Shown here: positions 26,737 through 43,746 of the stretch, one piece after another
Numbering within the stretch: position 1 is the stretch's first letter
Layout: the number at the start of each line of letters is the position of its first letter
DNA from: Saccostrea echinata
Taxonomy: Eukaryota
Assembly: GCF_033153115.1 (NCBI RefSeq)
Contig: NW_026889778.1
Span: 44,826,001 to 44,890,000 of the forward strand
Length of the DNA: 64,000 nt
Direction: 5' to 3'
The notes under the pieces: model-generated
Database searches by the model: none
What the model saw: only the letters and a program-made list of their open reading frames with translations
What the model was told of the DNA's origin: nothing
Program-made: the position numbers and the translations under genes

Positions 26737-27324
26737 CTACGCCTTGGTGGCTTTCTTTGGGGTTTTTGACTTCTTGGCTGTGGCTTTCTTGGGCGCTTTG
26801 GTTTTCGTAGGCTTTGGAGCTGCCTTGGCTTTCTTGGGAGACTTAGTAGCTGCTTTCTTCTTGGGAGACTCGGCCTTCTTGGGTGCTGCAGGTTTCTTAA
26901 CAGCCTTTTTCTTTTCTGTTGGCTTTTTCTCCCCGGTTGTCTTCTTGGGTTTGGTCGTTTTCTTGGGCTTGGCAGCCTTAGGTTTGGTGACTTTTTTGGT
27001 CTTGGGTTTCTTCTCCGTCTTGGGCTTCTCTCCCAGCTTGAAGGAACCACTGGCACCTGTACCCTTGGCCTGTTTGAGAACTCCCTTCTTGACTCCGTTC
27101 TTGAGGGCCATCTTCAGATGGGTGTTGACACTAGAGGCGTCATTACCGACTTTGTAGTTGCCCATGATGTACTTGAGAATAGCTTGTCTCGAGGAACCTC
27201 CGCGCTCCTTCAGGGCAGCCACAGCAGCGCTGATCATCTCGATGTACTTGGGATGGGCGGGGACCGTCTTGGGTTTGGAAACCTTCTTCTTGGCGGGGGA
27301 TTTTGCTGGTGCGGCGTCTGCCAT
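26737..27324 (-). CDS. H1: Histone H1
   Basis: Protein identical to unit 1. Confidence 0.98.
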   Translation of the reverse strand: MADAAPAKSPAKKKVSKPKTVPAHPKYIEMISAAVAALKERGGSSRQAILKYIMGNYKVGNDASSVNTHLKMALKNGVKKGVLKQAKGTGASGSFKLGEKPKTEKKPKTKKVTKPKAAKPKKTTKPKKTTGEKKPTEKKKAVKKPAAPKKAESPKKKAATKSPKKAKAAPKPTKTKAPKKATAKKSKTPKKATKA

Positions 27325-29509
27325 AATTTTTTTGTCCTGTTTTCTACAACTGATGTGAACGACGTTATCGACGATAAGGAAATGAATGAAATCACCTCCG
27401 CCGATGGCCTTATTTGAGTGGCGGCGAGCGCGGACCTCCGTGAAAACTCCCCAATTGTCGACAGCGTAGAGGATTGAACTCGTCCAACTTTGTGTTTCAA
27501 TACCTGTAATTTTTCCGATATTGTCCTCCCAATTTTACTTAATTTTCTCAAATATGTCACTGTGCGTTTTCTTGAAATATTTTCCTACATAACTGTTTCC
27601 GTTTAAGGTTCTTAATCTGTCATTTTAAAGGAGGAATTGTCTGTTGATTCTGAAAATGCGCTGTTCCCTGGAGCCCAGAAGCGACTAATTTTGATTAAAA
27701 CACGAAAACAAGAGGAATAGAACACGAGTAAGGGATTGAAGTACTTACTACATTGCTATGCGATAAAACATACATGTACATTTCTTTCAATTGTCTTATA
27801 TGTTACTTAAAATCCGAATGAAAATGCAAACATTCGGCACAAACACGCGCACAATGGATAGTGATGTGTGCCTTGCATTTCATATGAAATGGAGAGAAAA
27901 AAAACAAAACAAAAACAAAACAACAAAAAAAAAAACAAACAAACAAACAAACAAAAGGGTCATATGAAGAGAAATCACGGAATCTCACAAATTGTTGAAT
28001 GTTCAAATATATATCTAATATACTTTCTAGATCAGTGGATGTTCACCCCCTTAAAGGGACAACATATAATTTCTTTTCGAATATTTAAATACATGACACC
28101 TACTTTATAATTATAACACCGAGGACACCGGGAAGATCCAGACCGTACGTAACGTACCACATTCGGTGGTACAACGTCTGAATTTCTCAGTATAATTATA
28201 TCATAAGAATATACATAACTGACATCCTTGTAAATTACATGAAAAAAAAAAAAATCACATAAAAAGGGCGTGTATTTAATAATTGTAGAACACTCACTTA
28301 ATTAGTAGTTATACATAAGAGAGAGACAGAGAGAGACGAACAAGGCGAATCATGGGAGTAGCTTATTCATTGATATTAATTTGTTTCTTGTAATTTACAC
28401 ACACAAATAATTGAGTACATGTAAATAAACAGAATGTGGTCAAAAGCCAATGTATTTAAAATCTATATCTTTCAAGTTGAACAAGACAACCAGTATATAA
28501 TACAAGACAATACAATACATTGATACAAGCATCAAATTGGTTGCACACTTTCCACGTGCAGATCATGATTCCCTGCATCTATATGTCACGTGACGATGCA
28601 GATGTGCTGCACGGCGCAGTGATGGACATCGCAATAAATGTAAAGTGTTAAAAAAAATGTCGTTTAGTCATTCGCATCGGTAGTCTATTCGAAAGAAAAT
28701 TTACTACCAGTGTTTAATTGTGTTAGTACTGTAAGTATCCGGAAACTGGCATCGAGTTGCTTTTATTCACTCTTATTATGGGAAGCACACTTTTTTGAAT
28801 AAGAACATTCAAGACATAATATAAACCACATCTTCTTATTCTTATGAGATTCTTATATTCATCACTTTTATCTATTTTATCAATTAGGAATTTTGTCTAA
28901 ATAATCATCATATAAAACAATAGCGAGGGGGAAAAAAAAAAGAAGAAGAAACATTAAGGATTTAACTGGAGTTACAGATCTTTTGAATATGTTAATAAAA
29001 TAATGATCATATTTAAAAATATTTGTATTAAAGGAAAAAATTGAAAGTTAGATCGCCATGTTAGATGATTTCCGCAGTTTCTAGTCTTAATTGGTCAATG
29101 AAATGGGTTTTTTTTTTCTTTTCTTATCTCTTTGTTGAGTGAGCATTCAAGTAATAAGTGAGAATTCAACATTTGTACGCAGGCCTATAAGGTTTGGATT
29201 CAACTGCCTATAACGAGAAAGAAAAAACGTACATATACGAATATACATGCGAGTCAATTTTTAAATTTATTGCTTTTGTTATTGACTTAATACATTTATT
29301 TATCATTAAATATATAACACTTTCTTTGATGTTTGATCTCTGTTCTGTGTTGAAAATTATTGAATTCGTGTGTTTCTATTATTTTCTAGCTATAATAATT
29401 GTTTACGTTTCAACTCGTTTGTAATGTAGGTATCTTTTCGAAAAGCTTATGTGGCCGTGAAAACGGCCGTTTGGTTTTGTGCTGCACACAACACAACTAT
29501 AGGATCTTT

Positions 29510-29896
<387 letters not shown>

Positions 29897-30142
29897 TTAT
29901 GTTCTTTCGTGTACAGTCAACGAATAATCCAGCGACGCCCGCACGCACCAATTTAAACAACCAAGCGGATCCAACGGTGCAGCCAATTAACGCGTCGCTC
30001 TGTTGTGCCTTTAGGTGAAATCCGAACAAGTAATGTTTTCTCGGAGGTCCGTAACAAGCTTCTCCTCCTACTCGCATATAAATAGTAAATTTTACCATTT
30101 CACTTTATTCATCTCTTCAGTTTGACCTGTCAACTTGAGATC

Positions 30143-30514
30143 ATGCCACCCAAAGTCGGATCCAAAGGCGCCAAGAAAGCAGTCACCAAGGCCAAGACAC
30201 CGAGGAGCACAGACAAGAAAAGGAGGAAGAGGAGGAGGGAATCTTATGCCATTTACATCTACAAAGTCCTAAAGCAGGTGCACCCTGACACTGGTGTTTC
30301 CAGCAAGGCCATGAGCATAATGAACTCCTTCGTCAACGATATCTTTGAGAGAATCGCTGCCGAAGCCTCTCGTTTGGCCCACTACAACAAGCGATCTACA
30401 ATCACAAGCAGAGAGGTCCAGACTGCTGTCCGTCTCCTTCTGCCCGGTGAACTGGCCAAGCACGCCGTATCTGAGGGCACCAAAGCCGTCACCAAGTACA
30501 CCAGCAGCAAATAA
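30143..30514 (+). CDS. H2B: Histone H2B
   Basis: Protein identical to unit 1. Confidence 0.99.
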   Translation: MPPKVGSKGAKKAVTKAKTPRSTDKKRRKRRRESYAIYIYKVLKQVHPDTGVSSKAMSIMNSFVNDIFERIAAEASRLAHYNKRSTITSREVQTAVRLLLPGELAKHAVSEGTKAVTKYTSSK

Positions 30515-31578
30515 TCTCATTTTGCAAGTACACACACCAAACGGCCCTTTTAAGGGCCAACTAATTTTTTAGAAAAGATACCTTCATATTACATGCGTTA
30601 TTGAGACACAAATAATATGTACGAGTGTTACAATGTGAATGCATGTGCTCGTAAAAGTGGCAAACGTATAAAAATCCCACATTGTTTACAACTGATTATA
30701 ATAACAGAAGTAGGATAAATAAAGAAATACAAGTAGGTATTATTATATGAATGAGAGCCAAATTTTATTCACAAATAACTTGAATGTACAACCAAGCATA
30801 TATCTGAAATAACTGTATCTTCAAATATAAATAAAATACAAGCATGCGAGGTCCATCTGATGTACACAAAATCCTGGTTCATTTGTCCTCTGTATACTGA
30901 ATTAATTATCAGCGTACATTATATAATTGATAATAAAGTATCTCAATTCAGCTAATATCAATGAAACAGATAAATAAATTCAAGACCCCCCCCCCTCCCC
31001 TTTCTTTGACATTGACATATTGGAATTTTCAATCAGTAATTATACATCAATAAAAGTGCAATGACCAAAATGCGATAATTATACATTGACAATTAATTGT
31101 CTAACATTAGTCATAATTGTTAAACAAGAAAAAAAAGCATGTCACTCAGCGCCAGTTGGTACCTGTCATTGTCGGTAGATCGATCCCTCAAAATAATACT
31201 CAAGACAGCAGCATTATTATTTTAATATATGATTATAATAATAAAAAAAAATTAAATAATATATACTGTTTGTGTGTGTTTATTCAATATTTCTTGTCCA
31301 AACCTAAATTCAATACATATTTGTTGCTCTGTATATAGTTTTGAGGAAATATTACGACATAAAGGGTCTTACTCTGTTATTGTTGTGTATTTATTTTACC
31401 ACTTACAACCATTCTGTATTCAACTTTGTACAGTGAATATCTGTATAACAAGTACTCAGTAAGTAAATGTCTGTCTTAACGATGTTTTAGAGGCATCTTT
31501 TCGAAAAATTTGGGTGGCCGTGATAACGGCCGTTTGTGTTTGTTTTAAACTTCTGTCTTGACTGTCAAACTGAATTCT

Positions 31579-31899
<321 letters not shown>

Positions 31900-33105
31900 T
31901 CAGTCAGTAGTACTGTTCTGATGAACTGATCATGCGTAATTGCCTAATTTATAGTCCAAATTGAGGACCCGTGAGAGCGCACGATGCTTTGAAAAGTTCG
32001 GAACGTTACCAAAGCGGTATTGTGACAAGCTTTACGATTGGTCAGCTTGGCATGATGGGAATGTTTACATTTCTTGCCCCACAGGAATTTTAACCACATT
32101 TAATTAATTTTGATTCTTTAATTTCTTCACATATAGGCAAGTTTATGTTCAATTTATTCACCTAAACCAAAATATTGGTACGTGGAGGTACATATATACA
32201 TTTTATACAAACTGGTATACAAAACAACAACAACAAAAAAAAAAAAAAAAACATGACAGAAAATGAATAAAAATGATAAAGAGAGAGAGGGGAATTATAT
32301 CAAGCAGGACAGACAGCATCATAATTTTTTAGGATAAACATACACAATTTTTTGTTTTGTTGTTGTTATTTTTTTTATTTCAGTATTTTTTGCTTTGAGT
32401 TTAACAAAATAAATACCGTTGTTGCCGAATGATAATTAAAACGTGGGTGGGTGGGTGGGGATTAAGTTATTCAAAGGAAAGGGGTGTGACAGATAACACC
32501 GAAATAATACAAAATGTAGAAGCTGAATGAAACTTTTGATTCTCATTCATTTATGATATCTAGTTATAGATGTGATCATTTATTTGATTTCCTCTTTTCT
32601 CAGTTAATTTTCAAAGGCAACTTTAAGCAGTGACCAAACCGGCTTTATAAATGAGCCTTTTTCATTTTATTACACGCCACGTTAGAACGAATATCGTTAT
32701 ATTTGACGTTGTTTAGAAATCAATAAAAATCATACTTTGAATATAAATGAAATACGGAATTGCAGTTCTGAAATGCATGTACTCGCATATGTGCATAGCT
32801 GTAGAACTAATGAGATAAAGTTGTAATACTGTTATTATTTTTTGCTTCGACACATTCCATCATATTCTATTTAAATAATTGTGCTATTTTCTAATTTATT
32901 TCGCAAAATTCTTGAATGTATTCTAGAGGGGCAGGTTGATGGACTTGTACAAAATATAGTTTCAAGATGTGTAGACAACTTCTACAACAAATTGATGATG
33001 ACAATAGTACTATGAAATTGTCTAGCATTGTGCTCTTTCATAATTTATGTAATTATATATATGCAAGGCACAGATATATTCACTGAAGGATGTATTGTGT
33101 CTCAA

Positions 33106-33136
<31 letters not shown>

Positions 33137-33307
33137 CCAATTTGGGGGCATTGTTCGCTGAATTTGATAAAATTTATTAATTTCGGCCAAATAATTCAAC
33201 ATTATTTTCAGAGATGTTTCAACGTCTGAACAGAAGGCATCTTTTCGAAGAATGTAGGTGGCCGTGAAAACGGCCGTTTGCTTTAGGACTTGAAATACAG
33301 CTTAAAA

Positions 33308-33727
<420 letters not shown>

Positions 33728-34447
33728 TCAGATTATTCAAACTCGAATGAATGAAGTGGCAGTGTTGCGCCGTGAACTTATATATCTTTGTAAGCTCAAG
33801 TTGAAAATCGCTGCGGTCTACCAGTCGGCTTAGTCGATTGGCTGGTGCCCGCAGTAACACTCGCTACGATTAGTCAGGTGAACGAGATGACCATTGGCTA
33901 CGTCTGTAGGTAGTTTCAATCCACAGAATTGCCCCAAAAGAAAAAGAAAATCAAGTCGGTTTTTGACACATGATTTCACTGCAGATACATATAGTCAAAT
34001 ATTTTTTTTTTAAATATATATATGGTGAATAATGGGGATGAATGTAACGTCAATTGAATAGAAAATAGAATTATTTATTATATATATATACATATATTTT
34101 CAATTCGTTATTGAAGCAAAATGCATTTTCGAAAAATATATATTATATATTTCTTGTCATTATTTCCTCCTACCATTATCTGAACAAGCCCAGTAATATT
34201 ACTAAGTATCATGATACTTGCAGATAATCAGAATGGTGCATATAGGATGAACAGGAATTACCCTGTTGCAAAAACAAGAACAAAACAAATAATACAAATA
34301 AATGAATAATTAATTAAATGAATGAATAATTAAATAAATGAATGAATGAATAAATGAAAAGAATAAATAAATGAAACGAATAAGAATGTATGTATCTGTC
34401 TTTCAATAGGTACGCATGAACTTTTATTCCATTCGTTCCACATTTGA

Positions 34448-34624
34448 NNNNNNNNNNNNNNNNNNNNNNNNNNNNNNNNNNNNNNNNNNNNNNNNNNNNN
34501 NNNNNNNNNNNNNNNNNNNNNNNNNNNNNNNNNNNNNNNNNNNNNNNNNNNNNNNNNNNNNNNNNNNNNNNNNNNNNNNNNNNNNNNNNNNNNNNNNNNN
34601 NNNNNNNNNNNNNNNNNNNNNNNN
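34448..34624. other. Hard-masked block (177 N)
   Basis: N run with the same flanks. Confidence 0.95.
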
Positions 34625-34944
34625 TAATAATAATGGCCATATAGTTTGCGTAGGCGTTGTGATGTGGAAAAAGTAAAATTTTATTTACTTGAGGGAGGGT
34701 ATGTAAACAAAATAAAAACTGACTTTTGTTTCTTCTTCTTCTCAGAAACAGCATGTTAATATTATCATGACTTTGTAATTTGCTTCCAGTCGAAGACAAA
34801 TAAACTATGTGTAATAGGTAAGTGTACTTCTTGTTTATTCATTTTGTGTTTCCATTAGTACATGTATGTAATAGAGGCATCTTTTCTAAAAATGTTGGTA
34901 GCCCTGAAAAGGGCTTTTGTAATTGGTTTAAGACAATTGGCAGC

Positions 34945-35532
34945 CTACGCCTTGGTGGCTTTCTTTGGGGTTTTTGACTTCTTGGCTGTGGCTTTCTTGG
35001 GCGCTTTGGTTTTCGTAGGCTTTGGAGCTGCCTTGGCTTTCTTGGGAGACTTAGTAGCTGCTTTCTTCTTGGGAGACTCGGCCTTCTTGGGTGCTGCAGG
35101 TTTCTTAACAGCCTTTTTCTTTTCTGTTGGCTTTTTCTCCCCGGTTGTCTTCTTGGGTTTGGTCGTTTTCTTGGGCTTGGCAGCCTTAGGTTTGGTGACT
35201 TTTTTGGTCTTGGGTTTCTTCTCCGTCTTGGGCTTCTCTCCCAGCTTGAAGGAACCACTGGCACCTGTACCCTTGGCCTGTTTGAGAACTCCCTTCTTGA
35301 CTCCGTTCTTGAGGGCCATCTTCAGATGGGTGTTGACACTAGAGGCGTCATTACCGACTTTGTAGTTGCCCATGATGTACTTGAGAATAGCTTGTCTCGA
35401 GGAACCTCCGCGCTCCTTCAGGGCAGCCACAGCAGCGCTGATCATCTCGATGTACTTGGGATGGGCGGGGACCGTCTTGGGTTTGGAAACCTTCTTCTTG
35501 GCGGGGGATTTTGCTGGTGCGGCGTCTGCCAT
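34945..35532 (-). CDS. H1: Histone H1
   Basis: Protein identical to unit 1. Confidence 0.98.
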   Translation of the reverse strand: MADAAPAKSPAKKKVSKPKTVPAHPKYIEMISAAVAALKERGGSSRQAILKYIMGNYKVGNDASSVNTHLKMALKNGVKKGVLKQAKGTGASGSFKLGEKPKTEKKPKTKKVTKPKAAKPKKTTKPKKTTGEKKPTEKKKAVKKPAAPKKAESPKKKAATKSPKKAKAAPKPTKTKAPKKATAKKSKTPKKATKA

Positions 35533-37717
35533 AATTTTTTTGTCCTGTTTTCTACAACTGATGTGAACGACGTTATCGACGATAAGGAAATGAATGAAAT
35601 CACCTCCGCCGATGGCCTTATTTGAGTGGCGGCGAGCGCGGACCTCCGTGAAAACTCCCCAATTGTCGACAGCGTAGAGGATTGAACTCGTCCAACTTTG
35701 TGTTTCAATACCTGTAATTTTTCCGATATTGTCCTCCCAATTTTACTTAATTTTCTCAAATATGTCACTGTGCGTTTTCTTGAAATATTTTCCTACATAA
35801 CTGTTTCCGTTTAAGGTTCTTAATCTGTCATTTTAAAGGAGGAATTGTCTGTTGATTCTGAAAATGCGCTGTTCCCTGGAGCCCAGAAGCGACTAATTTT
35901 GATTAAAACACGAAAACAAGAGGAATAGAACACGAGTAAGGGATTGAAGTACTTACTACATTGCTATGCGATAAAACATACATGTACATTTCTTTCAATT
36001 GTCTTATATGTTACTTAAAATCCGAATGAAAATGCAAACATTCGGCACAAACACGCGCACAATGGATAGTGATGTGTGCCTTGCATTTCATATGAAATGG
36101 AGAGAAAAAAAACAAAACAAAAACAAAACAACAAAAAAAAAAACAAACAAACAAACAAACAAAAGGGTCATATGAAGAGAAATCACGGAATCTCACAAAT
36201 TGTTGAATGTTCAAATATATATCTAATATACTTTCTAGATCAGTGGATGTTCACCCCCTTAAAGGGACAACATATAATTTCTTTTCGAATATTTAAATAC
36301 ATGACACCTACTTTATAATTATAACACCGAGGACACCGGGAAGATCCAGACCGTACGTAACGTACCACATTCGGTGGTACAACGTCTGAATTTCTCAGTA
36401 TAATTATATCATAAGAATATACATAACTGACATCCTTGTAAATTACATGAAAAAAAAAAAAATCACATAAAAAGGGCGTGTATTTAATAATTGTAGAACA
36501 CTCACTTAATTAGTAGTTATACATAAGAGAGAGACAGAGAGAGACGAACAAGGCGAATCATGGGAGTAGCTTATTCATTGATATTAATTTGTTTCTTGTA
36601 ATTTACACACACAAATAATTGAGTACATGTAAATAAACAGAATGTGGTCAAAAGCCAATGTATTTAAAATCTATATCTTTCAAGTTGAACAAGACAACCA
36701 GTATATAATACAAGACAATACAATACATTGATACAAGCATCAAATTGGTTGCACACTTTCCACGTGCAGATCATGATTCCCTGCATCTATATGTCACGTG
36801 ACGATGCAGATGTGCTGCACGGCGCAGTGATGGACATCGCAATAAATGTAAAGTGTTAAAAAAAATGTCGTTTAGTCATTCGCATCGGTAGTCTATTCGA
36901 AAGAAAATTTACTACCAGTGTTTAATTGTGTTAGTACTGTAAGTATCCGGAAACTGGCATCGAGTTGCTTTTATTCACTCTTATTATGGGAAGCACACTT
37001 TTTTGAATAAGAACATTCAAGACATAATATAAACCACATCTTCTTATTCTTATGAGATTCTTATATTCATCACTTTTATCTATTTTATCAATTAGGAATT
37101 TTGTCTAAATAATCATCATATAAAACAATAGCGAGGGGGAAAAAAAAAAGAAGAAGAAACATTAAGGATTTAACTGGAGTTACAGATCTTTTGAATATGT
37201 TAATAAAATAATGATCATATTTAAAAATATTTGTATTAAAGGAAAAAATTGAAAGTTAGATCGCCATGTTAGATGATTTCCGCAGTTTCTAGTCTTAATT
37301 GGTCAATGAAATGGGTTTTTTTTTTCTTTTCTTATCTCTTTGTTGAGTGAGCATTCAAGTAATAAGTGAGAATTCAACATTTGTACGCAGGCCTATAAGG
37401 TTTGGATTCAACTGCCTATAACGAGAAAGAAAAAACGTACATATACGAATATACATGCGAGTCAATTTTTAAATTTATTGCTTTTGTTATTGACTTAATA
37501 CATTTATTTATCATTAAATATATAACACTTTCTTTGATGTTTGATCTCTGTTCTGTGTTGAAAATTATTGAATTCGTGTGTTTCTATTATTTTCTAGCTA
37601 TAATAATTGTTTACGTTTCAACTCGTTTGTAATGTAGGTATCTTTTCGAAAAGCTTATGTGGCCGTGAAAACGGCCGTTTGGTTTTGTGCTGCACACAAC
37701 ACAACTATAGGATCTTT

Positions 37718-38104
<387 letters not shown>

Positions 38105-38350
38105 TTATGTTCTTTCGTGTACAGTCAACGAATAATCCAGCGACGCCCGCACGCACCAATTTAAACAACCAAGCGGATCCAACGGTGCAGCCAATTAACG
38201 CGTCGCTCTGTTGTGCCTTTAGGTGAAATCCGAACAAGTAATGTTTTCTCGGAGGTCCGTAACAAGCTTCTCCTCCTACTCGCATATAAATAGTAAATTT
38301 TACCATTTCACTTTATTCATCTCTTCAGTTTGACCTGTCAACTTGAGATC

Positions 38351-38722
38351 ATGCCACCCAAAGTCGGATCCAAAGGCGCCAAGAAAGCAGTCACCAAGGC
38401 CAAGACACCGAGGAGCACAGACAAGAAAAGGAGGAAGAGGAGGAGGGAATCTTATGCCATTTACATCTACAAAGTCCTAAAGCAGGTGCACCCTGACACT
38501 GGTGTTTCCAGCAAGGCCATGAGCATAATGAACTCCTTCGTCAACGATATCTTTGAGAGAATCGCTGCCGAAGCCTCTCGTTTGGCCCACTACAACAAGC
38601 GATCTACAATCACAAGCAGAGAGGTCCAGACTGCTGTCCGTCTCCTTCTGCCCGGTGAACTGGCCAAGCACGCCGTATCTGAGGGCACCAAAGCCGTCAC
38701 CAAGTACACCAGCAGCAAATAA
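38351..38722 (+). CDS. H2B: Histone H2B
   Basis: Protein identical to unit 1. Confidence 0.99.
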   Translation: MPPKVGSKGAKKAVTKAKTPRSTDKKRRKRRRESYAIYIYKVLKQVHPDTGVSSKAMSIMNSFVNDIFERIAAEASRLAHYNKRSTITSREVQTAVRLLLPGELAKHAVSEGTKAVTKYTSSK

Positions 38723-39786
38723 TCTCATTTTGCAAGTACACACACCAAACGGCCCTTTTAAGGGCCAACTAATTTTTTAGAAAAGATACCTTCATATTAC
38801 ATGCGTTATTGAGACACAAATAATATGTACGAGTGTTACAATGTGAATGCATGTGCTCGTAAAAGTGGCAAACGTATAAAAATCCCACATTGTTTACAAC
38901 TGATTATAATAACAGAAGTAGGATAAATAAAGAAATACAAGTAGGTATTATTATATGAATGAGAGCCAAATTTTATTCACAAATAACTTGAATGTACAAC
39001 CAAGCATATATCTGAAATAACTGTATCTTCAAATATAAATAAAATACAAGCATGCGAGGTCCATCTGATGTACACAAAATCCTGGTTCATTTGTCCTCTG
39101 TATACTGAATTAATTATCAGCGTACATTATATAATTGATAATAAAGTATCTCAATTCAGCTAATATCAATGAAACAGATAAATAAATTCAAGACCCCCCC
39201 CCCTCCCCTTTCTTTGACATTGACATATTGGAATTTTCAATCAGTAATTATACATCAATAAAAGTGCAATGACCAAAATGCGATAATTATACATTGACAA
39301 TTAATTGTCTAACATTAGTCATAATTGTTAAACAAGAAAAAAAAGCATGTCACTCAGCGCCAGTTGGTACCTGTCATTGTCGGTAGATCGATCCCTCAAA
39401 ATAATACTCAAGACAGCAGCATTATTATTTTAATATATGATTATAATAATAAAAAAAAATTAAATAATATATACTGTTTGTGTGTGTTTATTCAATATTT
39501 CTTGTCCAAACCTAAATTCAATACATATTTGTTGCTCTGTATATAGTTTTGAGGAAATATTACGACATAAAGGGTCTTACTCTGTTATTGTTGTGTATTT
39601 ATTTTACCACTTACAACCATTCTGTATTCAACTTTGTACAGTGAATATCTGTATAACAAGTACTCAGTAAGTAAATGTCTGTCTTAACGATGTTTTAGAG
39701 GCATCTTTTCGAAAAATTTGGGTGGCCGTGATAACGGCCGTTTGTGTTTGTTTTAAACTTCTGTCTTGACTGTCAAACTGAATTCT

Positions 39787-40107
<321 letters not shown>

Positions 40108-41314
40108 TCAGTCAGTAGTACTGTTCTGATGAACTGATCATGCGTAATTGCCTAATTTATAGTCCAAATTGAGGACCCGTGAGAGCGCACGATGCTTTGA
40201 AAAGTTCGGAACGTTACCAAAGCGGTATTGTGACAAGCTTTACGATTGGTCAGCTTGGCATGATGGGAATGTTTACATTTCTTGCCCCACAGGAATTTTA
40301 ACCACATTTAATTAATTTTGATTCTTTAATTTCTTCACATATAGGCAAGTTTATGTTCAATTTATTCACCTAAACCAAAATATTGGTACGTGGAGGTACA
40401 TATATACATTTTATACAAACTGGTATACAAAACAACAACAAAAAAAAAAAAAAAAAAAAACATGACAGAAAATGAATAAAAATGATAAAGAGAGAGAGGG
40501 GAATTATATCAAGCAGGACAGACAGCATCATAATTTTTTAGGATAAACATACACAATTTTTTGTTTTGTTGTTGTTATTTTTTTTATTTCAGTATTTTTT
40601 GCTTTGAGTTTAACAAAATAAATACCGTTGTTGCCGAATGATAATTAAAACGTGGGTGGGTGGGTGGGGATTAAGTTATTCAAAGGAAAGGGGTGTGACA
40701 GATAACACCGAAATAATACAAAATGTAGAAGCTGAATGAAACTTTTGATTCTCATTCATTTATGATATCTAGTTATAGATGTGATCATTTATTTGATTTC
40801 CTCTTTTCTCAGTTAATTTTCAAAGGCAACTTTAAGCAGTGACCAAACCGGCTTTATAAATGAGCCTTTTTCATTTTATTACACGCCACGTTAGAACGAA
40901 TATCGTTATATTTGACGTTGTTTAGAAATCAATAAAAATCATACTTTGAATATAAATGAAATACGGAATTGCAGTTCTGAAATGCATGTACTCGCATATG
41001 TGCATAGCTGTAGAACTAATGAGATAAAGTTGTAATACTGTTATTATTTTTTGCTTCGACACATTCCATCATATTCTATTTAAATAATTGTGCTATTTTC
41101 TAATTTATTTCGCAAAATTCTTGAATGTATTCTAGAGGGGCAGGTTGATGGACTTGTACAAAATATAGTTTCAAGATGTGTAGACAACTTCTACAACAAA
41201 TTGATGATGACAATAGTACTATGAAATTGTCTAGCATTGTGCTCTTTCATAATTTATGTAATTATATATATGCAAGGCACAGATATATTCACTGAAGGAT
41301 GTATTGTGTCTCAA

Positions 41315-41350
<36 letters not shown>

Positions 41351-41521
41351 CCAATTTGGGGGCATTGTTCGCTGAATTTGATAAAATTTATTAATTTCGG
41401 CCAAATAATTCAACATTATTTTCAGAGATGTTTCAACGTCTGAACAGAAGGCATCTTTTCGAAGAATGTAGGTGGCCGTGAAAACGGCCGTTTGCTTTAG
41501 GACTTGAAATACAGCTTAAAA

Positions 41522-41941
<420 letters not shown>

Positions 41942-42661
41942 TCAGATTATTCAAACTCGAATGAATGAAGTGGCAGTGTTGCGCCGTGAACTTATATATC
42001 TTTGTAAGCTCAAGTTGAAAATCGCTGCGGTCTACCAGTCGGCTTAGTCGATTGGCTGGTGCCCGCAGTAACACTCGCTACGATTAGTCAGGTGAACGAG
42101 ATGACCATTGGCTACGTCTGTAGGTAGTTTCAATCCACAGAATTGCCCCAAAAGAAAAAGAAAATCAAGTCGGTTTTTGACACATGATTTCACTGCAGAT
42201 ACATATAGTCAAATATTTTTTTTTTAAATATATATATGGTGAATAATGGGGATGAATGTAACGTCAATTGAATAGAAAATAGAATTATTTATTATATATA
42301 TATACATATATTTTCAATTCGTTATTGAAGCAAAATGCATTTTCGAAAAATATATATTATATATTTCTTGTCATTATTTCCTCCTACCATTATCTGAACA
42401 AGCCCAGTAATATTACTAAGTATCATGATACTTGCAGATAATCAGAATGGTGCATATAGGATGAACAGGAATTACCCTGTTGCAAAAACAAGAACAAAAC
42501 AAATAATACAAATAAATGAATAATTAATTAAATGAATGAATAATTAAATAAATGAATGAATGAATAAATGAAAAGAATAAATAAATGAAACGAATAAGAA
42601 TGTATGTATCTGTCTTTCAATAGGTACGCATGAACTTTTATTCCATTCGTTCCACATTTGA

Positions 42662-42838
42662 NNNNNNNNNNNNNNNNNNNNNNNNNNNNNNNNNNNNNNN
42701 NNNNNNNNNNNNNNNNNNNNNNNNNNNNNNNNNNNNNNNNNNNNNNNNNNNNNNNNNNNNNNNNNNNNNNNNNNNNNNNNNNNNNNNNNNNNNNNNNNNN
42801 NNNNNNNNNNNNNNNNNNNNNNNNNNNNNNNNNNNNNN
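42662..42838. other. Hard-masked block (177 N)
   Basis: N run with the same flanks. Confidence 0.95.
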
Positions 42839-43158
42839 TAATAATAATGGCCATATAGTTTGCGTAGGCGTTGTGATGTGGAAAAAGTAAAATTTTATTT
42901 ACTTGAGGGAGGGTATGTAAACAAAATAAAAACTGACTTTTGTTTCTTCTTCTTCTCAGAAACAGCATGTTAATATTATCATGACTTTGTAATTTGCTTC
43001 CAGTCGAAGACAAATAAACTATGTGTAATAGGTAAGTGTACTTCTTGTTTATTCATTTTGTGTTTCCATTAGTACATGTATGTAATAGAGGCATCTTTTC
43101 TAAAAATGTTGGTAGCCCTGAAAAGGGCTTTTGTAATTGGTTTAAGACAATTGGCAGC

Positions 43159-43746
43159 CTACGCCTTGGTGGCTTTCTTTGGGGTTTTTGACTTCTTGGC
43201 TGTGGCTTTCTTGGGCGCTTTGGTTTTCGTAGGCTTTGGAGCTGCCTTGGCTTTCTTGGGAGACTTAGTAGCTGCTTTCTTCTTGGGAGACTCGGCCTTC
43301 TTGGGTGCTGCAGGTTTCTTAACAGCCTTTTTCTTTTCTGTTGGCTTTTTCTCCCCGGTTGTCTTCTTGGGTTTGGTCGTTTTCTTGGGCTTGGCAGCCT
43401 TAGGTTTGGTGACTTTTTTGGTCTTGGGTTTCTTCTCCGTCTTGGGCTTCTCTCCCAGCTTGAAGGAACCACTGGCACCTGTACCCTTGGCCTGTTTGAG
43501 AACTCCCTTCTTGACTCCGTTCTTGAGGGCCATCTTCAGATGGGTGTTGACACTAGAGGCGTCATTACCGACTTTGTAGTTGCCCATGATGTACTTGAGA
43601 ATAGCTTGTCTCGAGGAACCTCCGCGCTCCTTCAGGGCAGCCACAGCAGCGCTGATCATCTCGATGTACTTGGGATGGGCGGGGACCGTCTTGGGTTTGG
43701 AAACCTTCTTCTTGGCGGGGGATTTTGCTGGTGCGGCGTCTGCCAT
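43159..43746 (-). CDS. H1: Histone H1
   Basis: Protein identical to unit 1. Confidence 0.98.
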   Translation of the reverse strand: MADAAPAKSPAKKKVSKPKTVPAHPKYIEMISAAVAALKERGGSSRQAILKYIMGNYKVGNDASSVNTHLKMALKNGVKKGVLKQAKGTGASGSFKLGEKPKTEKKPKTKKVTKPKAAKPKKTTKPKKTTGEKKPTEKKKAVKKPAAPKKAESPKKKAATKSPKKAKAAPKPTKTKAPKKATAKKSKTPKKATKA